Positions 37,954-50,118 of a stretch of DNA of 64,000 nucleotides are shown here, piece by piece (position 1 is the first letter of the stretch; each line of letters starts with the position of its first letter). The DNA is from Tubiluchus corallicola (Eukaryota; Animalia; Priapulida). A model generated the notes under the pieces. It was not told the DNA's origin. It did no database searches and was given only the letters and a program-made list of their open reading frames with translations. The stretch spans positions 124,001 to 188,000 of the forward strand of contig JAQGDQ010000148.1 in assembly GCA_030141605.1 (NCBI GenBank), given 5' to 3'. A program made the position numbers and the translations under genes.

Positions 37954-38653
37954 CCTGCTTTTACCACTGAAAAGCCCCAATCGCCAACTTCCCCACTCCG
38001 CAAAGTCTGTACGTCACCCCGTCCAGACGACGTCTTTAGCATCATCAGTGAAGGATATGAGCCAGGGCGAAAAGGAAGTGACGGCAGTGTCTCTCGAGGA
38101 GCCGAAGGAATCATCAGATCTCATGACACCGTGGAACGCCGCAAGAGCAGTGAAAGCGAGGCCAGGCGAAGTGACACAAGCTCATCCATCAGGAGTCGCT
38201 TGTCTTCGTATGAATCTCTTCGAAGCACAAGAACAGACAGCGTAACATCAAGGTCTACGGTCGCCCCGCGGGAACGCACAGACAGCGGAGGAGCACGTAC
38301 CATTTTCCCCCCACGAGAGCGTACAGACAGCGGAGGAGCCCGCTCCAACTTCCCCCCAAGAGAGCGAACAGATAGCAGTGGGGCATCAAGATTTATGGCC
38401 TCATCACGGGAACGTACAGATAGTGGAGGCGATGATAGAAAATCCATGGAACGTGAACGTAGCCAAAGTGCCAGTAGCCACAGTGCTACAGCGGCTCAGA
38501 GGCGACGAGCGAGTGAAGCTAGTTACATCAGCAGTGGTACATATCCTGGAAGCAACGAGAGCAGAAGAAGTATAGACAGAAGAAAAAGCGGTGAACGTAG
38601 ATCAAGCTCTGCGACTAGGACACGGAGCGAATCACTGTCAGATCCCATAATTG
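37954..38653 (+). CDS. Syt: Synaptotagmin exon 2: Ser/Arg-rich disordered linker with RERTDS repeats
   Basis: ctttgcag|CCT...ATT G|gtgagt, 700 nt, phase 0-1, open frame, elevated GC. Confidence 0.8.
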
Positions 38654-39755
38654 GTGAGTAACTCTGATTAGGGCTATTGTATTACTGACTTATCAATGGT
38701 GAATTAATGTCATAAAACATATAAGTTAAGCTAATCTGTAATAGGGGCTCATATTTTGGCTCAGACAAAACGTGATAAAGTACAATGCGATACTGGAGAG
38801 CAGTTGGTGTGGCCAAATAAAAAATTATCAAGTGAAATTAATCAATTATTTTGCGTGAGTGGGATGAATACTTGATCTAAAGTGAATCGATTGCAGGTTT
38901 GATAATTTATTAGATTAATTAATTTAATGAACCAGTTAATTAGAGCGTTAATGAGTTCATTGATCGATGCTCTATATGATTTTACAAAATATTTTTCTTA
39001 TTTTTTTTGTGGCCTGTTACTGACGGCACATCCATCTAACTTAACTTATTCAAGGAAGGAAAAAATCAGACAAAGAAGAAGAAAATGGAAACTATAATCG
39101 TTTTGATTAATCAATCAAATGTTAGAGCGTATCTTAAATTGGACGGTTTCTGATATGATCAAAAATCGCACTTTAAAGTTTTGTCTTTAGAAGTTATCAA
39201 GGAATAGTAATTACAGTTACAATGTCGCTAGAACAAAACGTAAAAGGATCCTGGCGTACCAGGGAACTTTCTGTATTGAGAAATTGCTTTATCACGTTAT
39301 CAATACTTATGCTTAGTGATGACTACTAATTTGCCCCATAGTCACTTAATTTACAAAGTTGCTTCCCTACATAAGTGAGGAAGCGCACAACTATTAATAT
39401 CAGGACGCACTTTCCATGGTCGCCTAAAATTTAATTATTACAGTTAGATACAGGTGTCATGTAGTATTCTGCAGTTTGTTTTAGGTCATACCTACATAGT
39501 CTAGTTAGCATTTAATGGATTTGCCTAGAACGGAGCACTTTATTACCCATGAACTGACTGCTCTTGATTGTCCTTGATCTTTAATCATGATGGTCATAGA
39601 GGGAGGATAATGAGGAATTATGTTCAAGTTAATTGGTCTAAGCCAGATATGTGACATTATTACTTTAAATGCTTCAATACGGGCCTTTGATTTGAATACA
39701 AATTGATAACTTACAAATATTTAAGCATAAATAGTAAAGAGTTTTTCTAACATAG

Positions 39756-39893
39756 GCACGTTGGATATCGATCTATATCGACGGAAGCAAGACGTCATAT
39801 CACAAACTCTGGATGAGCCAGCACTGGGAAAACTGCACTTCCGCTTACGATACGATTTTGACAAATCAGACTTTGTTGTTCATCTTATAGAAG
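39756..39893 (+). CDS. Syt: Synaptotagmin exon 3: start of C2A
   Basis: catag|GC...GAA G|gtaatg, phase 1-1: GTLDIDLYRRKQ...LGKLHFRLRYDFDKSDFVVHLIE. Confidence 0.9.
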
Positions 39894-41496
39894 GTAATGA
39901 AATGCGACAACGTAGTAATCATAATAATGATGAGGTTTTTGTCATTAGCAGAGCTGCAGGAGTTGTTTACACCCGAGAAAAACGATTTTTTCCTTTCTCC
40001 ATAATTACTGGCCGTTTGACATTTTCAGTTGCCGCGTTGATTTTGGCTTTCTAGATTGAGGCATATGGCAGCTGTAATTCACTGTTCGCTCTAAAAGAAG
40101 GATCCTGAAAGAAAATTGCAATAGTTTGAATTATCACGACGTGTTTAGTATAATAATATAATTATACTAACTTAACCAGTTGGTTGATTCGCCTTTTAAT
40201 TCACGTTTGACGGTCATTGCAATTCTGATATAAAATAGCGTCAAAATCATATGAACATTTTAACTTAGTGAGCCGCCCTAACAAACAACTGAGCAGTCAA
40301 AAAAGGAAAGCAAACAAAAATGATTTTGCCACTAACGTCCATAGTTGTGGCAGGACCAGAATCTATTTCGTCAGTTGTAATCATCTAAGCAGAGATGAAC
40401 CGTCTTAACCGTCTTAACCTGCAGAACCGTCTTAACTACGATCAAATGTGTGCATTAATCGTCGTTTCTTACCGAGGTAAGTAACCAGGGGCAGTATGAT
40501 AGTTGAAACTGCAAAGGAGCGCTGCAAAGTTTTGGCAATCACTCATCCATTTACTGATCAAGTTTAGTCACTTAGGCGCATGCATTGAGCACTCCAATTC
40601 GTAGTTGTATGGAACTAATTGTTTTCATAAAAATGGACGGTGAAATATGGAACGATGACTATAGGTACACAGCTGTTGCATAAGAGACGGACTATTTATT
40701 TAAATATTATAATTTTACCTGGGGATGATAAAAAAGCTCACGCTGAAATGTCAAACTACATTGTGCTTTACATTCTAGATCATCCTAAACATCATTTAAA
40801 GCACGTTTTTCAAAACGAATTTGACCGTTTTTCTATTTTGTCATTTGTCGGTATTGTGAAATTGACCGAGGTCTGAAACCAATAACAGAACAGAGCTGGA
40901 AATCGGTCCATGGATTATGGGCCACTTGAGTCACAATTTTTCTTTGGGGCACATGGGTGTAGGTGTTCGAAATGTTCGAAATTTTATTATTTTAAGTGAG
41001 ATCTAGAATAAGAATAACTGTCTTTAAAACACATCTTTACAAAGCAGTAAAATTTTATCATAGCGTTAACTGTAGGTCTACTATGCAGAGGTCGCTGTTT
41101 CTGCCCTACGAAATCTGTGGTACATACGTATTTAGTTAATGCAGGTGTCCATTGTTTAGAAATTTGAATGGTTTTGCAGTTTTTCAGAAGCTAATACTGC
41201 AGATGTCTTCTGCAGACCTGATCATTATGGGAAAGCTCTGTTAGGGGCCTTTAGGACGTTGGTTGCTCTATAGCTGAGGGTCGTGGGTGTGAGTCAGAAT
41301 GGATTTGGGTCACGGTATCTGTTAGTCAAGTGGATGATGGGTAACACTTAATGACACATTTCCAGCCCCGTGATAGAATACTGGCGTTTGGAATCGGTTA
41401 TTAACAAAAATTACCTGCAGAATATTCATAATAAACGGTAAATATTTCTATGATTTGCTGTGAATCTGCAGTTTTGTAATGAGCTTTTTATTACAG

Positions 41497-41807
41497 CCCA
41501 CAATCTACGGACAGGTGATAAAGAAGGTTTCAATGATCCCTACGTAGAAATCGTTCTACATCCGGAAACTGACCGGAAGCTACGCCGCTCCTCCATACAG
41601 CGCAAAACTGTCTTTCCCGTCTACAACGAAGTCTTCAAGTTTCCCCTCACCCACGAGGAACTGCTGGAAAAAACCCTGTTTTTCTACATCTACGATTTTG
41701 ATAAGTTTTCCAGGGATGACGTCGTCGGCGAAGTCCGGGTTGACCTGAAGAAAGTTGATGTTACTTCCGACTTGGAGGTGTGGAGTGACATTCAGAAACA
41801 TACAAGA
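41497..41807 (+). CDS. Syt: Synaptotagmin exon 4: C2A body
   Basis: ttacag|CC...AGA|gtaagt, phase 1-0: AHNLRTGDKEGFNDPYV...PVYNEVFKF...YDFDKFSRDDVVGEV...EVWSDI. Confidence 0.93.
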
Positions 41808-44800
41808 GTAAGTGTTAAGTGCCAAATTAATCATTAAGACATCAGTGCAGAAACAGTTTTTTCAAGTTGTTTTGTAATTTCGCTCAAAAACCCTCTTGTC
41901 GTTCGGGCGCCGGATTAGGAGCCTTTTGGATATACTGCATATATAGTTATTTTCTAAACAACATGTATATTTTACACAAAATTAAAATTATCTAATAGAG
42001 TTTAATAGAAGTAAATTTTGGGCATGAATAAAGTTCCGTCAGAATATTGAACAACAGTAAAAAATAGTAAAACCAATTAGCCTACACAGTTTAGCAAAAA
42101 AAAACGTTATTACCGCTATATGTTAAGATCTAGTAGAGACAAAATAACATTTATATATCTAACAAGACTGACTGAATTCAGGTCCAAGTCCGCTAGTGTA
42201 ATGTCTTGACCGTGTATATACCTGACTATACCTGGCTGAGTGTGTTTAACTTAGAAGCTGTCAATGCTTACATTTGACAATGCAATTATTACGTTTGAGC
42301 GTGATTAACCAGTATGCGTCATGCTCGAGACTAATTTGAAATTTCGTCTGCGTACTATAGTTTTGGAGTTATTTAATTCACTACTTGCAGGACAAAGCAG
42401 TTTGCTCTATTTTCACATTTTGGCTTTTGTCTCGGGTCTTTAAATGATGCCAGTTTCACCATTGTCTGAGCCACTACCCCATCTCTAGATGTTTACGCAG
42501 CAAGTTTCACGACTCTAGTTACTAAAGTTTTATGCATTTATCCATTTTGGATCTTAAAAGAACCACGGTTTTTTTAAAAGCCCAGGTACACAACTACCCT
42601 GCAATATCTAAATACATAAGAAAAAAATTGAATTTAACTCGAAGCCCAAGGTGGAGTTGAATGGCAATCGAAAAACTGACCGATGTCCAGTTTCCTTGAC
42701 CGTTTGATCGAAGTCACTGTTAAGGACCTACTCCAGGTATCTCCTCTTTGAGTTTGTGAGCTAACGTGAATTAAAAAGTGGATAACTGGGCGCCTAACAT
42801 AATGATGAAAAATCAACGTCAGGGGTGCTCTTAGATCTCCGACGCTAGCGATCGCGGATAAAAATATATTAGTAGTGCTGACTAGCGACAAAACCAGCTA
42901 ACGCGCATACCTCAATAGGTCAAGAGATGTTGTAAATATGCTCAACAAAGGTGTAGAAATAATACGCTTAAGTCACCGTTCGCTACGCCGGACTAAGTAT
43001 GGGAATAAACCAGTGCAGTGATTTGATACGCTATTACTCGCTTGTGCTACGCCCACTAGGTGAACCATTAGGAAATGACAGATAAACAAAGGAAAGTTAA
43101 AGAACGAGCATTAGCACTAATTGATATTAGATACCATTCTATCTTTTGCCACAAGTTCATTAAAAAGAACGCGCGTGCTTACTTCAAAGCTATCATTTAC
43201 AAAGTTCAACATCGCTTAAAGACTTGGTAAATTTACCGCGTTACTGCCAGAAGCACTTCTCCAGTACTCCTTTAGTCACGTGATCTGCAGGGCAACGAAC
43301 TATTTGTCTGTGAAGTCATCCACTTTTAGGGGCACATGAGTAGATGGCCGTTGCCGTAATTTGCGCTCTTATGCACGTGATTATCTTAAGAAAATTAGCC
43401 AATGTCTCTTCTTAATCAAGTGCTATTTAGCCCAAATGTACATGGGCAAATGTTAACATTACTATTGCTATTATAACTGCCTGTAGCATATAGGTTTGCC
43501 TCGGACACAACGGACAGCAGGTATGCGTATTTTTCCACCTGTCCCTTTTAAAGTGCCATTTGTCACGTAAAATCGGTATTTCGCCAATAGATACTGTCGT
43601 GGCGTACTGGTAAGAATGACCCTTTACCTTCTTTGTCTATCCGCTTATCCTCTGTGAGCGTCCGCAACCGTTTCTTTCATCCCAGATATTTCCTTATCCA
43701 AATTTCAATATTCTATTTCATGTTAAGTATATAAATAGCAGATTGTTGTGCATCGCATGAACAAGTAAAGCTGATAAAAATATACTGACCGATGTACATA
43801 TATCGTTATACACACTAACAGATAAACTGATATTAAATTTTAGACATTTATTTATTTGTATTTTTAGCTGTTGCTCATACTGCTAGGTACCAGAAATTGT
43901 TGAATTTTCTTTAACTGTTTTCTGCCTTTTTATTGTGCATTGTGGTTATTATATTTTGAATGTGTTTAATTGCTGTCGCTCAAAATAACGCATTAAGCAA
44001 AGACGTGAATACTTTTAATCTTCTGTTAGTTAGGAAATGCGTTTTTGGTCTGTTAGGAGAAAAGAAGCTTATTGTGGAACATCTAGGGCATTAAGAAATA
44101 CTTCAAATGGTTGTTTTTATATTGCTGGCTATTAATAACAATAAAAAATTACTTACTGCTAATGCATTTCTAATAAGGAAACTATTTTTATGATGGCCAA
44201 CTTTAGGCATACACTAGTGTAATGCTAGATGCTTACTAGTAATCTCTTACTAGATGCCAGAGTAAGAAACGTTAGGACAATGACGCATAAAAGCCTCACT
44301 AGTTCATTTATGCCAACCTTCGTTGTGCTTATAGCCACACTCTTGATGACAGAGTAAAAAAGGCAAATCTGAATCTGTAATTTCACTAATTTGGATGCAG
44401 TCTTGAACTCGAACTAACCAAGGAAGGAAATTTCTAAATCTACAAACACTTGACTACGTTCACCATCATTAGGACAACCCCAACAAGCTGCTTCCCCAGT
44501 AGTCCAAACTTTGAGCTTAACCTTACTTGATATGTGGCTGTGCATTATTGATTACACAGCAAATTAGTAAAATAACGCAAATTGCTGAGTATCTATAATT
44601 GGGATAGCTCAGGGGGACGGCAGGTATAATCATATCGCAGTTAGCTTAATCATCTCAGGTGCTTGCGGCAACAACAGCGTAAAGCTTTTGTCAACAAGTC
44701 ACGAGTATCATTTAGCTAGTGCACATTTCCCAAGCGAACATTTTATCTAAGCACTTTATACCAGTTCTCATTTCGTCAGCTCTCAGTTAATAAATGCCAC

Positions 44801-45654
44801 ACTTGGTCCTTGCAAAAAAGGCATGGGTAGTTTAATATTTGCCCCCATGCAGAAAGTTCCCGTTTTTTTGTTGTTATTATTGCTTTAAAGTCAACCAAAC
44901 TAATCCCTCTTCCGTGTAACATTTAGTAGCACATATTTCGTCAGAAAAGCTTCTTTGAGAACACGAAACGTACTTTACGTGATTTTTTCTTTACAAAGGT
45001 TATCTTTAATCTGCGAGAGTATGACAGCGAGATCGCTGTGTGAGTGACTGCAAAATGACGAAAAAGAACAGAATAAAATAAACTACTTTTGTTATGTCTA
45101 AAATCTAATACTGCTATTACCCTGCAGTAAGTTTTATCCATTTCGAATGTTCCTTGATTTCTAATAAGTTAGTGCAACATTATGCTGGGTGTTAACAGCT
45201 ATAAATCAGAAATTAATAAATGCAAGAGTTTATTTAAATAATAGTGATTAACGTGATGGTTAACTAAAGAAACTACATTTGAAAGGTCGTTGACAAGTCA
45301 AGACTTAAACCCGAGACGTAGTGTTTAATACGCTCTTAAACTGTCACTTGTGCACCTGTCCTTATTCTACTCAAAATTATAATCACGGGAAACTTGCGAG
45401 TTGGTAGAGTTTCAAGAGAAGCAATGAGTTGTCGAAACATAAAGCTGTTGTGTCTCAAAAAGTGTCTTCTAAGAAATTGGGTGGCCATTTCTTTCTTCAG
45501 CAACCGTGACAGTAAGTAATGAAAAATACCTTATAGGAAAAATAATTTTCACCATCATTGCTCATTGGTAATGATATTGTCCAAAAAATGGCAGTAATGA
45601 TATATTATATCAGCGCATTCACTTGAACTTTCTTAAATAGAGGTTAAGACCCTT

Positions 45655-46923
45655 TGTTATAATTGATGATGTAACAATCGCCCGATATTGTGATACCAAA
45701 AAATGAATGCATATCGTAATAAAAAAATCAACATATAATGTAATAAAATAACGATAATGCAATAAAATTAACTGAAAATGTAATAAAAAATTAACGCATA
45801 ACATAAGACCACAAAACGCATATTATAATAACCTGAAGTTTAAAGCATATTGTATCAGCATAATGTGATAACAAAAATTCTAACCGATAATGTAATAACT
45901 GACAAAATTAGTGTTACCTATTAAAATTTTCTTATATATAGTAAAATAAGTTTTATTTTTTGGAATATGAAGGTGGTGGGCATTAGCCATTCGACGCATT
46001 GGTATCACAACCCTCTTCATTATCAGCCCAATGAGACCATGACAGCTCCGTTACTCAACTAACCTGCTCCTTTATATTATGATGTTGTTGTTATTGTTCT
46101 TTCAACGATAATTTAGACTCGTCACAAATTTCTAAAAATATGCAAACAAATGTTCAGGTAACACAAAAACTATAAAGTACATAATGCATTGATAAAGCCA
46201 GTACGGTTTTGCGCGCCTTTTCACTCATTTGGCTTCGTTTTTACATACAATTTTAAGGGTGACGTAACGGTACCCGCTTCACTGTGTGTAGCGAATTTGT
46301 CGTGAATCACCGTGAATTCAATGATATTATAGCATCGTCGCAAAGTACGAAAAACTGTGATTACAATTAAATTCACAACCATTCCGGTATAGTAGTGCTA
46401 TCTATATTTTATAGCATAAGTAGTTAAAATATAAAATAATTAAGCATGTGTTTTATATTTTGTTTAAAATGGTGTAGTTTCATAATGAATCCCAAGTAAG
46501 CAGTTGCAGCAAGAGCGCCAACTGAATCCGAGCCGATTTTATATTTACCAGTTATATAATGCAGCTAAATGAGAAATATAGGGAAATATAATAGTCGAAC
46601 TTGTCCAAATTATGACTCATTTTAATACTTTTTGACGTAATGCTACACAGAGTTAAAGTCTGTATGTAACTATTGTATGCAGACACATTTCCTCTGGAAT
46701 ACTACCTACGGAATGGAAAAACTACATGAGAAGCGCCAGTTAAAATTAACTTGAAATAGTGAGGGAACGCCATTCCCGCGTATTTCCACAGCACTACGCC
46801 GCTGGTACCAAGTAACATTAATTCCGTTAGTTATTAACATTGTGTGTTGATTTTTATTACGTTATGCGTTAATTTTTCTTCTCGTTACAATGTCGGGCAT
46901 TTATTACGTTATCAGTTGTCGCA
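45655..46923. mobile_element. Non-autonomous DNA transposon with degenerate ~100-bp TIRs and (ataatgtaataa) subterminal repeats, in a Syt intron
   Basis: Left end tgttataattgatgatgtaacaatcgcccgatattgtg...cgtaataaaaaaatcaaca aligns with the RC of the right end, tgcgacaactgataacgtaataaatgcccgacattgta...cgtaataaaaatcaaca. Confidence 0.6.
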
Positions 46924-47492
46924 CAATTTGTGACAAAATCTTTGATAGACTTATAAATCATGTGTGTGAAAAATCATGCAGTATGAACAACACTTGCGTA
47001 GATTACATTGTCCAGCCAAGCTGCTCTTACGTAAAAGTCGTTTAGGTCAAATATATACAGAATAGCGTAGTGAAATATGCTAATACATGTATGTTCGACT
47101 GGGAGGTATAAGTGTACAATGCGAATATAAGTGTATTTTAGAGTGTCACAGTGCATAAGACCATGGTAGTTAACATTTTTGTGCTTTGATCAACATATTT
47201 ATCATATCAGCATATTTCAACTACTGTTTCTTTTAGAACACCCTGTACCAAATATCATCGCCTACTCTTGCATAATGGCCATTTCTCAGGTCGACTTGCT
47301 GCACCTAGATGCAGTTGGGTGATGATTAATTGAATAAAATTGCCGGAAAACGCTAGCATTATGCGGCAATTATGAACCGTAGCGGGGGCGTAAATGCAAT
47401 TATCTCTTCAGCTTCCGCATCCTCATCTCCACGGCGACACTGAATTACTCATGATGCTGATTTGATGAAGCTGAGCGTTCGTTTTTTTGCAG

Positions 47493-47616
47493 ATGAGGGA
47501 TGGAGTAGGAGAACTTCTCTTCTCACTGAGCTATCTCCCTTCGGCTGATCGATTAACGATCGTGGTTATGAAAGGGAAGGATTTAAAATCCGCGGATGGG
47601 ACTCAACAAGGCTGCG
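47493..47616 (+). CDS. Syt: Synaptotagmin exon 5: start of C2B (not in ORF track)
   Basis: ttttttgcag|ATG...TGC G|gtgagt, phase 0-1: MRDGVGELLFSLSYLPSADRLTIVVMKGKDLKSADGTQQGC. Confidence 0.92.
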
Positions 47617-49813
47617 GTGAGTGTATTTATCTGACCGTAGACATAAAAGACAATATTAGTTGCTAAACGTTGTAGTAATAAATAATTGTAATTTTACACT
47701 GGAAAACATTGAATAAAATCAAGTAAACTAAGTTTGGAAAGTGTGTGAATGTGTACGTGTCTGTGTACAAGCGATGAACTGTGCTCCTGACATGTTCGCC
47801 ATTTAATATCCACTTTGTTGCAAATAAAGATGGTAATGTTAGTTTGATGAGGCAAAAGTTTTGCGCTTACACGTTTCGCAAATGATAAAAAACGAATGTG
47901 CGTGATTAAACCACTAAAACGTAAAGACTAATTAATTGATTAGCTTAACGATTTCAAAGATGTAGGAGTAGAATGGCGTCACCATCACGTTGGAAAAATA
48001 GCAAAGCATTAACGCAAAATAAAATAATGCAAAAGTTAACAATGATGTTCATGAATTTGTACCTGCTGCCTTAGATAATATGATAAAATATACACACTCG
48101 GCTAATTGTCACAGGTTAATCCTGGGCATCTCTGATCATAAAGTTATCGTGAGTAAATGTAGCAAGCTTTGTTGTGGCACCACATTTGTTCAGTGTCATT
48201 TGAGTTGTTCTTAAAAATAAAACAGTAAATTTCGAACATGTCGGGAAATGCACGACGGCGACAGATCTGAAATATCTGATACTAAAGTGAAATTTGTCTT
48301 TCACTTTGTTAAACATTGCAATAATTACAAATTTTGGCACCGGTAATATCACCTGTTTGCAATTTCAAACTTATGGTCACTGAATCAAAAACCATGCAAA
48401 CGACTTTTATCGTTCTGATACAGGCCTCTGCCTTTCTATAAGAAAAAGATAAAAGTAACAATAAATAAAAAGATAACTGGACGCAGTGTCAGTAATTAAT
48501 AGCTTTAGTGCCTTTAATTAACGTACAGGTTTAAATTTAATTTGTTACAACAATGTAATCAGAAGCTGGGGGTGTTTTTTGCGTGTTCTCAACATTTCTA
48601 AACAAATGCATCAACAACATCGCGCCTCTATTTTGGTTTCCTTAATCTTCTTCGATATTCTTTGCTTTTCTCGCGTAAAATTCTCGGCAAGCAAATTGCT
48701 TTCGTGTTCAGCCATTGTGCAACACAGCATCTCTCAGTCCAATTTTCTCTTCTCGGTTTTCCAAGCTGCGTTGAATGATTCAGTCTGACAAAGAGGGACT
48801 TTGCATGTATCAGCGAAGAGTAGGCGATGCTAGGGGAGAGTCCAAGCTGGGAAAACTAACATAACACCACCTGCGTCTCCCTCATTTCTCTCCTTAATTG
48901 TTATCTTCTATTCTACATATATTTCTATGGCGTAGCTAATCATCGATTGTTAAGCATGCTAACTCATTTTCTATAATTCGGGTGACCAAAATATACTCTT
49001 TTTCTTGATAAAGTGTTTAGATTGATAGGCAGGTCTTAACTGAGTGATGACACGCTTTTCTAACGCCCCTGTTTGAAGACGCCTGTCGGCGAAGCCATCA
49101 AAAATGACAAATATTTTCTCACAGCTGACAATATGTGTCGATAGGAACTCGAGCTGAGTCGCGTTATTTTACAATTCAGTGAACTCTCTGCAGTAAGCCA
49201 TTTAGGCTGACATTTTTGAAATAAAGTGTCAACATCAGATGTGTTGAGGAAGAATTAGCAACGACCTTCATGTAAACCAGTCTACAGATCGGTTTAACTG
49301 AAAAGTTGCCTCTTAGAATTTAAGTGAATTTTAGATAGTTTGATAATACATGAATTGCACGCTACTGCTAAAGTACAATTGCATGCCACACTCACACGAT
49401 TGTACACAATGTCGCAGGTTGACACTTGGTTTTTCCTAATTCCTATAGCCACTGGTGGGTTATAAAGCTATAGAACTACAACTACTGCATCCCTTTCACA
49501 AAACTTGTTTTATTTATTGCTATCTATACGCCATAGGAGAACTTTATAATATAACTACACTATTGCATAAAAAATGTTGCCCACATGATGCTATAGTATA
49601 TGTATATCCATCACTATCTAATCGAGATCCTTCCAAGATAACTATACCACGGTGACAGGGATGACAATGATGGAAATGACGATGACGCGATTTTAGCTTC
49701 AGTACTAACCAAATTATGACATCATCATAAGTCACCGTTTTGTTTTTACTTGCAAGATAAAATTGGACAATTGAATTCAAGCTTCAATTAGCTTATTGGT
49801 TATGTTGTTCCAG

Positions 49814-50118
49814 ATCCGTTTGTGAAAGTCATGATGTCGATTGAAGGACGCAAGGTGAAGAAAAAGAAGACCAGTTTTCGACGGAACACGTTTAATCCGG
49901 TTTGGAACGAATCGCTAGCGTTCGTCGTTCCGCAGGACCAGTTACAAAAGGCCAGTGTGCAGGTAGTTGTATACAAACATGACTTATTGGGAAACAACGA
50001 GATTCTGGGACACTGCAATGTTGGACCAAAAGAACCTGGGAAAGGTGGTCAACATTGGACGGACATGATGCACAACTTCCGCAAAGCAGTAGCGCACTGG
50101 CATGAGCTTAATCATTAA
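49814..50118 (+). CDS. Syt: Synaptotagmin last exon: C2B with polybasic KKKKT and WHxL terminus
   Basis: ttccag|AT CCG: DPFVKV...KVKKKKTS...NPVWNESLAF...QHWTDMMHNFRKAVAHWHELNH*. The full model is 589 aa with all phases consistent. AATAAA occurs at 50283, 50408 and 50693. Confidence 0.93.

Noticed and set aside
37889-38575. Overlapping alternative-frame and antisense ORFs over Syt exon 2
   Set aside because: Expected by-products of a GC-richer, repetitive coding exon.
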